Of a stretch of 64,000 nucleotides of DNA, positions 36,985-47,600 are shown piece by piece. The notes beneath the pieces were generated by a model. The model was not told the origin of the DNA. It made no database searches and saw only the letters and a program-made list of their open reading frames with translations. The stretch's first letter is position 1. Each line of letters opens with the position of its first letter. The position numbers were made by a program, and so were the translations under genes. The DNA comes from a virus (Duplodnaviria; Caudoviricetes). The stretch is from the IMG/VR virus record IMGVR_UViG_3300032038_000016, positions 1 to 64,000 of that record, one strand, 5' to 3'.

Positions 36985-37386
36985 TCATGACTTTAATAAG
37001 TTATTGAGTTGTTCATCTGTCAAATTCACAATGCCAATTTCAGCAATAGTTTTATTTCCAGTTAACGTAACACCATTAATTTTTGGCTTATTTGTTAATT
37101 CATTATAGTCAAACGTTCCAGAACCGGAACTAGATTGACCACTACCGCTAGATGATGACCCATCATCATACTCCGGAAAATACTCTTTAATGTTATTCAT
37201 CGTTATAAGTTTTTTCGTTCCAGCTGCGAAAATTAAAAGATTGGCATAGTGCCGTAATATGAGAAAATCGGCTAATGACAGATCATATCCCAGTACAGGT
37301 GATTGCTTAGAGACAGGTGACGGAACCCATTCATGTGCATGATACTTTGATCGTGCATAAATATCAACAGTTGTCATGTATTTCAA
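36985..37386 (-). CDS. Small virion appendage protein
   Basis: TTG start after AAGGAG; Ser/Gly linker, then DYNELTNKPKINGVTLTGNKT. Confidence 0.65.
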   Translation of the reverse strand: MKYMTTVDIYARSKYHAHEWVPSPVSKQSPVLGYDLSLADFLILRHYANLLIFAAGTKKLITMNNIKEYFPEYDDGSSSSGSGQSSSGSGTFDYNELTNKPKINGVTLTGNKTIAEIGIVNLTDEQLNNLLKS

Positions 37387-37468
37387 CTCCTTTATGAAAT
37401 TTTATAAAAGCGTGCCGATTAATAAAATACACGAAGTTAATTTTATTATCTTAGAAATGAAGATAGTT

Positions 37469-37734
37469 ATGAGCACATCAAAACATTTAACAATGTGGAG
37501 ATTAATGCGGACTTTTCGACATATACAAATCACACGGATAACTTAGTATCACAAGAAAGTATTCGAACATCATTGGGTAAGATTCAGAAATGGAAGAATG
37601 ATTTTCATTCCGTTGTATGGGATGGAGATGCAGATACAGTTGGTGGATTTACGGTTGAAACAAATGTTTCAAGTGACTGGGTTGATTTATTAAAAGAAAT
37701 AATGTGGGGGTTAACCCCCACATTATTTGATTAA
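37469..37734 (+). pseudogene. Frameshifted tail-fibre-like fragment
   Basis: The ATG at 37469 needs a -1 shift at TCA-AAA-C to read MSTSKTFNNVEI...ESIRTSLGKIQKW; the frame runs through the palindrome 37697-37728. Confidence 0.45.
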
Positions 37735-39077
37735 GTAGTCATCATAGTTTGTTGCTGATTTTGATTTGCCGTTGGTTGCACATGAATTTGTCCTCTGGCA
37801 ACAGCTCTTCTTTGTGGTGGCATATTGGCATCTTCTGGATGTGCAGTAATCCATTTTTGCCAAGCATCCCATTTTAATTTCCATATATCATATTTATTAA
37901 TATCTTCAACGATTTTGAATATCGTATCATTTGTGAATAATATACAAGATTTAATTGTATTGGAAATTGTTTGAATAAAGGATAATAGAATAGAAACTGT
38001 TTTCTTTTCCATATTCTTTCCAATAAAATTTATGTTATTATATTTTGACGTATCTGTGATTTCTTTGTATTTTTGCATGTATGCTTGGATGTCTGCGATT
38101 GCTCGCATGGTTATTTTCATTGCATTACTTGGTGCTGTTTTGTCTTGTATCTTAAAGAAACCAAATCCCTGTTCACGTTCAATTCCCATCAGAATTCCTT
38201 CTTTTGCAGATTGACTCCATCCATTGTTATGAATAACTTGATCTTGTTCAATAGTAGTTTGCAATTGTTGTAATAGCTTATCAATATCGCCATGGTGAAC
38301 ACCTTTTGCAGATTTATCATATAATAAATTAAGAAGTGCCAATACATTGTCTAGCATTCGATGTGTTGAGTAATCGAATTCCGAAGATCTCTCGAAGAAT
38401 GTGTGTAAAAATACATTGACTTGTTCCATAATCCTTTGAGTGTCATCTTGTGGATTTGATATCGCACTTGTTAATTTTGGAATCTTGATATCTGTCAATT
38501 GTTTGCTCTCATCTAGATTTAGCCACATACTTTGGAAGTCACCTGGGTTTTCGGGTTTGACTACTGGCACATTATTTTCTGCAGTAGCAGGTTGTGATGT
38601 ATTTTGTTGCTGTGTACCAGTAGTTGTTTGTTGCGTATTAGTAGTCGCTTGTTGTTGCTGTTGTGCTTGTTGTTGCTGTTGTGCTTGTTGTTGCTGAACT
38701 TGTGATTGAGCCTTTTCAAAGAACTTCATTAACAAGTTACAAATTACTTTAATGATATTGGCGATTGTTGTCATGTATTTAAGCATGATAGTTGCATCAG
38801 GATTATTAGTTGTTTGCATTTGCTGATTTTGGTTCATAGTTGGAGCTGCATTGTTTTGTGCTGTATTTGTTGTGGTTTGTTGTTGTGATGGTGCTGATGA
38901 TTGCTTCACTTGTGATGATTGTTGCATCGCTGGTTGTGACGCAGCTGTTCCATCTTCTAATATCAATGCATAATAGTCAGACGTATCTGCTTCTTTTAAT
39001 AAGTATCTAGTTTGTTCCAATAATACTTCTGTAGAAGAAACTGCACATAGAAAATCTAATTCATTCAAATCAATCAT
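37731..39077 (-). CDS. Gln-rich putative internal head protein with leader motif
   Basis: LDFLCAVSSTEVLLEQTRYLLKE, then ILE|DG. Confidence 0.65.
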   Translation of the reverse strand: MIDLNELDFLCAVSSTEVLLEQTRYLLKEADTSDYYALILEDGTAASQPAMQQSSQVKQSSAPSQQQTTTNTAQNNAAPTMNQNQQMQTTNNPDATIMLKYMTTIANIIKVICNLLMKFFEKAQSQVQQQQAQQQQQAQQQQQATTNTQQTTTGTQQQNTSQPATAENNVPVVKPENPGDFQSMWLNLDESKQLTDIKIPKLTSAISNPQDDTQRIMEQVNVFLHTFFERSSEFDYSTHRMLDNVLALLNLLYDKSAKGVHHGDIDKLLQQLQTTIEQDQVIHNNGWSQSAKEGILMGIEREQGFGFFKIQDKTAPSNAMKITMRAIADIQAYMQKYKEITDTSKYNNINFIGKNMEKKTVSILLSFIQTISNTIKSCILFTNDTIFKIVEDINKYDIWKLKWDAWQKWITAHPEDANMPPQRRAVARGQIHVQPTANQNQQQTMMTT

Positions 39078-40695
39078 GTTTTTCACCACCATCATTAATC
39101 ACATTTGTAATTTTCGTGTCATCACCATTTGTTCTTTTGTATTCTTCAATTTTCTTTGTTGCTCGTTTTTCCATCTTTTCATTAGAAGAGGAATCACGTT
39201 GACCAAGTCCATAGTCAATACAAACCCAACAATTACGATCGGATGACCACATGATGTTTCCATCATTAAAATCGGTTACAACTAATCTTAATTCAGGATG
39301 ACGAGCGGTAAAGTCTTTGAATTGATTCTTAACAGTTGTTAGCATTTGTGGGGTTGGATGTTTTCCTGCGCGATCCACAATACGCTCCATATCAATCACA
39401 GCACAATCTTTTCCATATTTCCCAACAATCGCAGCAGAAGCTTTGATCATATCTTCTTCCTTGGAACGTTGTAAGAATTCTGACATACGAACTTCATTCT
39501 TGTTGGATGTTAGACCACGTCCACTAAAAGCGATTTTTGTAATGATCTTCTTATCTCGTGGGAATAATACCATACGTGTCTGACCCATTGGGACTTTTTC
39601 GAAATCAGTTTTATCACCACGAATCTCCACATTGGCAATGAGCCATGTGTTATATGCGACAAACTTTGGAGGAACACCAGCATCAATACACATCTCCACA
39701 AACTTTGCCAAGTCATTTTTATTAGTAATGGAATTGACATATTGTGCTTTGATCATGTATACCTTACCAATCTCATTAGATAAACCATTTAACCCATGTT
39801 GACAAGTCTCCAATTCACGAACCAATTGATTCATTGCATCAATTGTTTCTCCATCCATATGAGAAATGACATGATTTGCATTTTGAAAATGATCCATCAT
39901 ATTGGTTAACTTGTTAATTGTTGCGGAGAATGTTGTGAATTCTTTCATGCTAATTTTTGTTCCACCAGCATTTAGTTCCGCACCAAGCTTGTGCGATTTC
40001 GCAATTGCTTTTTTAATATCATCACGAAGCTGTTTCTGATTGATTTCCTGTTTGTCAACCAGATCAACAGCTTGTTCAACAATTCTTCCCAAGTTTTCCA
40101 AAGCATCAGGATGTTTGATGTAATATACCATGTTCTTATAGACGATGGTATTGTCTTCTAATCCATGTACACCATGTGAATTGGATACATGTTTTAATTT
40201 TCCTTCATCATCCTTTTCGTAATTAACCCCGATTAATCCAATATACAGACTATCATCTTCTGTAATTTCTTTGATGAATATTGGTGTTGCGGATAACACC
40301 ACATTCTCTTTACCTTTGAATGGCGTCTTTAAATTACTTTCTGCTTCTGCCATTCGTTTCGGTAAATTCTTTTTTGGGACAACTTGTGATGCAACTTCAT
40401 TCGGTGTCTTGGAAGAACCCTTTGGCTTTTCCTTACGTTTGAAATTAAACATGCCTTTCAACAAGTTTGATGCATGATCAGCAACTCCATTCATGGCTTT
40501 TGTTGTTTTCTTTAATAATTGCCATGTACGAATACCGATATCTCCCTCTTGCACAATCTCATCATAAGAATGATGCATCAAATATTGTTCAATTAACAAA
40601 TATTCTTTGTGATTTTGCTCGAGCAATGTATTGATCACATTCTGTTGAGAATCATACATTGCTTCATCTAATTCTTCAAAAATGTAATCAATCAT
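39070..40695 (-). CDS. Protein-kinase-like enzyme with virion leader motif (paralogue 1)
   Basis: GQTRMV, ITKIA (Lys), NKNEVR (Glu), MERI hinge, TDFNDGNIM catalytic loop, IDYG. Confidence 0.8.
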   Translation of the reverse strand: MIDYIFEELDEAMYDSQQNVINTLLEQNHKEYLLIEQYLMHHSYDEIVQEGDIGIRTWQLLKKTTKAMNGVADHASNLLKGMFNFKRKEKPKGSSKTPNEVASQVVPKKNLPKRMAEAESNLKTPFKGKENVVLSATPIFIKEITEDDSLYIGLIGVNYEKDDEGKLKHVSNSHGVHGLEDNTIVYKNMVYYIKHPDALENLGRIVEQAVDLVDKQEINQKQLRDDIKKAIAKSHKLGAELNAGGTKISMKEFTTFSATINKLTNMMDHFQNANHVISHMDGETIDAMNQLVRELETCQHGLNGLSNEIGKVYMIKAQYVNSITNKNDLAKFVEMCIDAGVPPKFVAYNTWLIANVEIRGDKTDFEKVPMGQTRMVLFPRDKKIITKIAFSGRGLTSNKNEVRMSEFLQRSKEEDMIKASAAIVGKYGKDCAVIDMERIVDRAGKHPTPQMLTTVKNQFKDFTARHPELRLVVTDFNDGNIMWSSDRNCWVCIDYGLGQRDSSSNEKMEKRATKKIEEYKRTNGDDTKITNVINDGGEKHD

Positions 40696-42407
40696 TGGCC
40701 CACCTTCTTTTCGTTGTCATCATCATTTTTCTTTTTATTTGTCACAACATCACGAGATTCAAGGTTTTCATCTAATTTGGATGCTTTCTTTTCACTCTTC
40801 TTGGATTGTTTATCTAACTTTTCTTGAGTTGCAGAATTGCGTTTACCCAGGCCATAGTCGATACAAACCCATCTGTTTTTATCAGAAGACCACATAACAT
40901 TCCCATCATTAAAGTCGGAGATCACTAATCTTAATTCTGGATGACGTTTTGTGAAATCGGCATACTTCTGTTTTATTTCATTCAGAATCAATAAGTCGGG
41001 ATGTTTTCCGACACGATCCACAACACGTTCCATTGCAACAATTGCATCTTCATAATAGGAATTTGTAATCATTGCGGAAATGTCAATCATCTCTTGTTCT
41101 TTAGAGCGTTTTAAGAATTCTGCAAAACGAATCTCATTCTTGTTTGATGTGATACCAATACCACTAATCGCAATCTTTAAGATTTCTTTCTTATTATCAA
41201 TTGGGAAGAAAATACAACGAGTCTGTCCTGCAACCGGTTTGTATGTTGCTGCACTTCCACGAATCTGTTCATTTGCAATTAACCATGTATTGTATGCAAT
41301 ATACTTTGGTGGAATGCCATTCTGCACACATTCATACACAAACTTGGATAATACGTCACGATCATCAATAGAGTTCATATATTTCAAATCAATCAAATGC
41401 ACATTTTGCATTGCGTTTGTTAATGACGTTAAACCAAATTGAATATGTTCTGTGATGGATACGAGATTATTTAATGAATCAATCACACGAGAATCTACAT
41501 CATCCAAATTGTTATTACCATTCTGAGTAAAGTCTAGCATCTCTTCCAACTTATTAACTCTTGATTGGAATGCTGTTAATTCTTTCATTGTCATTTTTGT
41601 GTGTGATAAATCACGTAATGCATTTGTTTTTGCATCTGCTTTCTTCATTAATGTTCTAACTTTTTTGTGATAATCCATTGGATCCAAATCACCATTATTA
41701 TTCACAAATTTAAAACCTTGAACAATTAATTCTACAAACTCATCCATTTCACTTGGATTCTTTACAAAGAAAATTAATGCATTGGTATAAACAAATAATG
41801 ATGCGGTTGCTTTTACACCTTCGCCTTTATCTGCAATGGCATGTGCTTTTCCTTTATCATCTTTTACATAGTTAACACCCATCAAATCAATCATAAAGGA
41901 ATCATCATCATTAAATTCTTCAATCAAATATGCAGAATTGATTAATTCGATTTCTGATTGTGTTTCTTTTCCTTTGAATGGTAACTTCACACGTGCTTCT
42001 GATTCTGCTAACTTCTTATTTGGATCAAGCTTTTTACGTAATGCTTCATGTGCAATCGCAGAGGCACTTTTCTTTGCACCACTTTTTCGAAACTTACCAC
42101 TCATTCCTTGCATGACATCTTTTACATGTCCTAACAATGTTTTGATAACGGTAATATTTCTTTTGGATAAGGAACGCAATCTCATGAACAGATTTCCACT
42201 TTTTCTTTTTACTGTGGATAAAGCTTTTCCAATTCCTTCTTGGTATAAAATGTCAACTGGTTCCCGATGATGCTTGATACAAAGATCCAAGTATTCCCAT
42301 TCCTTATAAGATTCCATCACCATCTGTTCCAGAATCTTTTGTTGGGAACGTAATTTTGTTTCTTCCAATTCATCAACTTTTTCCATGATTAAATCTTCAA
42401 TCTTCAT
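40692..42407 (-). CDS. Protein-kinase-like enzyme with virion leader motif (paralogue 2)
   Basis: GQTRCI, ILKIA, NKNEIR, MERV, SDFNDGNVM, IDYG; clear paralogue of 39070-40695. Confidence 0.8.
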   Translation of the reverse strand: MKIEDLIMEKVDELEETKLRSQQKILEQMVMESYKEWEYLDLCIKHHREPVDILYQEGIGKALSTVKRKSGNLFMRLRSLSKRNITVIKTLLGHVKDVMQGMSGKFRKSGAKKSASAIAHEALRKKLDPNKKLAESEARVKLPFKGKETQSEIELINSAYLIEEFNDDDSFMIDLMGVNYVKDDKGKAHAIADKGEGVKATASLFVYTNALIFFVKNPSEMDEFVELIVQGFKFVNNNGDLDPMDYHKKVRTLMKKADAKTNALRDLSHTKMTMKELTAFQSRVNKLEEMLDFTQNGNNNLDDVDSRVIDSLNNLVSITEHIQFGLTSLTNAMQNVHLIDLKYMNSIDDRDVLSKFVYECVQNGIPPKYIAYNTWLIANEQIRGSAATYKPVAGQTRCIFFPIDNKKEILKIAISGIGITSNKNEIRFAEFLKRSKEQEMIDISAMITNSYYEDAIVAMERVVDRVGKHPDLLILNEIKQKYADFTKRHPELRLVISDFNDGNVMWSSDKNRWVCIDYGLGKRNSATQEKLDKQSKKSEKKASKLDENLESRDVVTNKKKNDDDNEKKVGQ

Positions 42408-42413
42408 GTCTCA

Positions 42414-44606
42414 TCACCTCTTCTTTTTCATATGATAAGATTCCGTTACAAGAATGCCATTATTCAGAATCAAGTTTTGAACATGTTTATCCAAATCACC
42501 AGATTCACCCGGATCGAATGTTGTTTTATTATAATCATCCTTGATATTCGTCTTTTCAATATTGGAATAATTTTTAACGATCCATTCACAATATTTCTTT
42601 TGTTCGGGTGAAATCTTTTCTTTGCCACTTAAAATTTTTTTTGCAATTTGATATGCAGCATAATTGCGTTCACCAAATGTTGGATATGATGATAACGTAA
42701 ACTGTCTTAATTCTTTTTCCAATTCACTTAAGTATTTTAATTTATCTTCTGAAATATCATTTGCGGTAAATTCACGTTTGTTATAGCCGTATGTGAAAGA
42801 TAATGGTAAATTGTACATACCAGCAAACATATCACAATAGTATTCTTCTTTGTTTGCCCGATTCAAATAATCAGCGTAAGCTTGAGCTAATGCGGCATCC
42901 GCTTTATTTGGTAATAATTTGATCATGGGTAATCCGATGACTGAACCAACACCGGTACAACATAATGCAGAAGCCAAACGATTTAGCATTCTCGAACCTT
43001 TAGGATTCTTGAGATATTTATTACCCTTCTTAACAGAATCGGGTATCTTCTTTTCATATTCTTTCAAAGCCTTCTCATATTGAATGATCAAAGCCTCTAC
43101 TTGGCGATCTGCTTCACTCAATGATTTAGACTCTAATGCAGATTCTACTTTATCTAATTCTTGTTTATTATTTGCTAATGCGGAAATGTAACAAAGTTTC
43201 TTTACTAACTTTTTCTTTTCCATACGATTCAAGTCTTTACCATCAACAGATACTGTGTCGGAAAACATTTCAAAGATCTTACGTCTTTCTTCCGCATTTT
43301 CTGTTGACAATGCCATTGTCATTGCAGAAGTAGAAGTGTAGATAAACATATTTGTTCGACAACGAATTGCATTGACAATGTTATGGAATATTTCATGACA
43401 AAGTGATGCGCACATGAATTGACCAAACAGATCTTTATCGGTGTTCTTTTGCATCTCTTCGTCAATCGCATTATTCACACATACAATTGTAATTGGTAAT
43501 CCATTTAACTGGAAACCTTTTGATTTTGATACATAGATTTTGTCAACGTGATGATGATCAAATGTGTATGTAAACAAAGCATTTGTATTTTCTGTTGAAT
43601 CTTTAAAATGAATTGCTAATTTACAATCGAATTGTTTTTCCAAACAATTGATTCCCTCTTTGTAATGAGGAGATGAAACAAACTTAGTTAAATTCATTTC
43701 ACCTTTACCAGCTTCTTTTTGTTCATCACGAGCTTTGTTAAAGCATTGAATTGCTTTTGTAATGTATGTATTATCAAACTTCATATGCTTGACATCTTCT
43801 GGATTTACCTTCGCTTTTTGATCTTCAATTTCTTCTTCTAATGTAAATGATTCTGTTGGACGAACAAAATCAAATCCTTGTTCTTGTAATAATTCATATC
43901 CAAGAAAATCAGTATCATGATAATGTGACATTAAATCAATATGAAATGCACTTTCTTGAATATCAGAAGAAACATCTGTTGGAGTTGGTTCATTAGAATT
44001 CATGGTCTTTTCATCGATATTAGCATCTGTTTTTAACTCAATATCATCTTCTTCATTGAAGTATCCATTCTTCTTTCTTGTCATCGCTTCTGGATTATAC
44101 ATCGGAACCTTCATGGCATTTTTTAATTCATCTGCTTTGAGATGTGCTTCCTTTGTATTTGCCATATCCATTAATCCAGAATCATATACAAGAATTTCGT
44201 CTCCATTAGAATCTAAGTATCGGCCAATGACTTTCCCTTTGGCGGGGTTTGCATTTGTTGCGATATGATGTTCTTCTCTTCCTAATTTTGTTTCTATATC
44301 ATGTCTCTCATCTAATTTATCATTAATACGTTGAGAGATATGATCCAACACACCACCGATGGAACAAACAATTGCTTTCGTGTTCGGACGGACATCTGGT
44401 GGTGACATAATTTTATCATCGACTACCTTTAATGATGTTAATCCAGGTTGTGCCATGATATGTGTTGGGGCAATACCATACATTGCCCCAACACATTCTA
44501 ATGCAGTGATCATATCTGGTGATTCCGATACAATCTTTTTGATTTTGGATTTTGCTGTTTCATTAAAGGAATCGATATCAATTGTATCTACTTGATATTG
44601 TTCCAT
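42414..44606 (-). CDS. Zincin metallopeptidase-domain virion protein
   Basis: LCHEIFHNI...KEEYYCDMFA...YPT; IQES/PTES/VTES putative maturation sites. Confidence 0.7.
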   Translation of the reverse strand: MEQYQVDTIDIDSFNETAKSKIKKIVSESPDMITALECVGAMYGIAPTHIMAQPGLTSLKVVDDKIMSPPDVRPNTKAIVCSIGGVLDHISQRINDKLDERHDIETKLGREEHHIATNANPAKGKVIGRYLDSNGDEILVYDSGLMDMANTKEAHLKADELKNAMKVPMYNPEAMTRKKNGYFNEEDDIELKTDANIDEKTMNSNEPTPTDVSSDIQESAFHIDLMSHYHDTDFLGYELLQEQGFDFVRPTESFTLEEEIEDQKAKVNPEDVKHMKFDNTYITKAIQCFNKARDEQKEAGKGEMNLTKFVSSPHYKEGINCLEKQFDCKLAIHFKDSTENTNALFTYTFDHHHVDKIYVSKSKGFQLNGLPITIVCVNNAIDEEMQKNTDKDLFGQFMCASLCHEIFHNIVNAIRCRTNMFIYTSTSAMTMALSTENAEERRKIFEMFSDTVSVDGKDLNRMEKKKLVKKLCYISALANNKQELDKVESALESKSLSEADRQVEALIIQYEKALKEYEKKIPDSVKKGNKYLKNPKGSRMLNRLASALCCTGVGSVIGLPMIKLLPNKADAALAQAYADYLNRANKEEYYCDMFAGMYNLPLSFTYGYNKREFTANDISEDKLKYLSELEKELRQFTLSSYPTFGERNYAAYQIAKKILSGKEKISPEQKKYCEWIVKNYSNIEKTNIKDDYNKTTFDPGESGDLDKHVQNLILNNGILVTESYHMKKKR

Positions 44607-44632
44607 TCATAACACACCTTTCTGGTGAATTT

Positions 44633-47600
44633 TTATGCCTCAGCTAAAATAGTATGACCTACTGGAATATTCATCCCAGTTGATGGCTGCTTTGACTTAG
44701 ATGTTTTTTCTAATGTTGGTTCTTTCTTTTCCTTTGTGGTGGGTTGTTTAGAAACCCTTTCTTCCTTTGTGTGATGTTGACCCTTGAATACTGTGATTGT
44801 ATCACGATAAAGATTATAACTTACCATGTAGAATTTGTTTTGCAATGCATTTGTAAAAGCCGATGTGTATTCATTAGATATTTCCATAACCGATTTCAGT
44901 AATGCTTGTGCTTGTGCTAATTTTCTTTGCGTTATGGTATTTTCTGTTAATGGATCCCAATTTGGTGCTATTCCACCATTGTATTCATATGAGGTATATT
45001 GCTCCAGATCTCGTGTATCATTTATCATTCTTGATGATATGTGATTGATTTCTTCTTTTAATAGTGCAATGGATTTATTTAAATCCTCTGATACAAGTTT
45101 AGATATAATTTCAAGAGCTTTTCCTGAATCCAACAAATTATCTACTAATTCATCCCATAATTCAACGGATAATTCTTTTGCCGGTTCTGGTTTGTCAGTT
45201 GTTCCATATAAGAAATAATTTGATAATAGTTTTGCATTATTAGTAAGATTCTCTTTGTCAGCAATATTTCTGGCAGTTATTTCTTCAGCTGTTTCAACAT
45301 TTTCTGCTGTTTTTGCAGTAATTTCTTTTGCCATTGCCTGTAATTTAGACATTGCAGTGTTTTCTCGATAATCATTAGCATCACCCTGGAATACCTTAAT
45401 CCATCGATCCGGTGCTAATAATGCACCAGTGCTTACATCATTTGGTGATCCTGATGATCTGTTAGTGACTTCAACACCGGCTGCATGCAATGCCGCGATA
45501 ACGATTGATGAACACACATAACTGTTTCTAACATCTTTTGGTGCCCCTTTTGTATCTAATTTTTTATCAGTTTTGAAGAATGATTTTGCAATTTCTGCCC
45601 ATGAGTATTTAACTTTTTCAACATTTGCCCGAAGATCATGTAAAAATTTATTCAATTTTTCATATGATTCTTGAGTTAACCATGCTCCATATACAATAAT
45701 TGAAGATTGTTGAACTGGTTCATTTTCTTCTGATCCGTAATAATCAGGTGCTAATTTTCTACCATGTTTTGGTCCGCCTTCTGCTGTAATTACAACTTCA
45801 TGCGGTGCATTTTTTGGTCTTTTTGTGATATTATCATTTTTCGTAACCATTGCTGGTATTGCATCTTTTGCAATATTAGAAAATGGAGTAATTGAATAAC
45901 ATAATTCCAATTTCGGATCCAAGGATATTACACAATGAGAAACAGAACTACCGGTCGCCATCAAAATTCCTTTTGTGACTTTTGATTCTTTTTCTGTTAT
46001 ATCATGATTGTGTAAAATTACAAACACTGGGTGTTTGTCGGATGTGTCAAAAGATTCTGTGAATATTGTTTGATTTTCTATTTTTCGCGAAAAATATTCA
46101 GCAATAGCTTCATTATTTTCACCTTGATTCGTTTTATTGTCTTCCGGTTTTGATGTTGGTAATAACTCCTTCTGTTTATTTTCATCAGGTTTCGGTTTTG
46201 GACTTGTTGATTTGTCACCACTAAGTTTGCCAATAACTTCGTCTGGATAATACATTTTTTTCAATTCAAATGTTGTTGGTACATCATTAGTATTTCCACT
46301 ATCTATGCAATGTTTTATTATATCAAACATTTTCTTTTTGGTAATATTCTTGACTTGCAATTTGAATCTCGGCCAACCAACAATTGTTGGTTTAAATTTA
46401 CCAGCTTTGATTGCTTCACTAATTTGGTGATTTAATTCGGAATTCTTTTTAACAAATTCAATTTCTTGTTTATGATTCTTTGCGAACGAAATACCAAGTT
46501 TGGATAATGTATTCTGAATCCATGAAATGAACTTATTAATCATTCTCTTGATCCATTCGATGAGTTTCTTAATGTGCTCTTTAATTGTTTTTGCTTTACC
46601 AGAAGAAACACTCGGCTTTTCTTTCTTTTCCTTTGAACTATTACTATCAGAAGCTTCCATAACAAATGTATGGAATTCTTCAATTTCAAACGGTGTAAAG
46701 AAAGATTCGGTATACATATAACCAGGAGCATCTACATCATCCATATTATCAGATGCAATGATTGTCATATGATTTGTATATAATTTAATCATAGCGCGAG
46801 TCATAATCTCACCCAATACAGCAAGAATATCACGAACCATTTCCCAGTTATTCATTCCACATGCACCATATGATTCACAAATGCTTTTCATTAAATGTGC
46901 AATCTTGATGATATGTTCACTCAATTCTTCTTTTGTTGTAAGATCCTTTTCGGTGAACATACGGTACAACATTTCGAGTGTTTGTTGAATGGGATGACGA
47001 TGATCATTTCCTACCGCATCTTCACCACGATAATCTCCATCGATAAATGTGTTACCATAAGCAATCTTATCCAACCAATTCACATCGGTATGGAAATCAG
47101 TTTCATGAAGTTTATTGTTCAATTCGTCATAATTCATTTCGATACCACAGTGACCATTCATGAACATCTTGCAAATCATCATACCATCCAATCCATTGAT
47201 TACTTCGGAAGGATGTCCATAACGATACAACATTTGGGCAATTGGTGAACGAGTATCTGTTGTGATAAACTCAATTGCGGACACAGTATCCTTGAAATGT
47301 GGATGCATATCTTGCAATACAATATTTCTCATATTGATATCGAATGGGAGTTTTGATGTACATCTCATGGTGTTTGTTTTTAATAAGCAACATTCTGTGA
47401 CAACATTTCCACCCTTTTCCAAACGTTTTGATTTAGAACGTTCAGCAAAAGCTCTCATTCTCTCCATTACATCTTCTTCATCATATTCATCATATGTACC
47501 AGAGTAAACATGTTCAAACATATTCATCTTTGTCATGACAGACTTTTCAAAATCTCCAGGAGCTGGATAATTCTTTTCAGTAACATTAATGTTTGCATGT

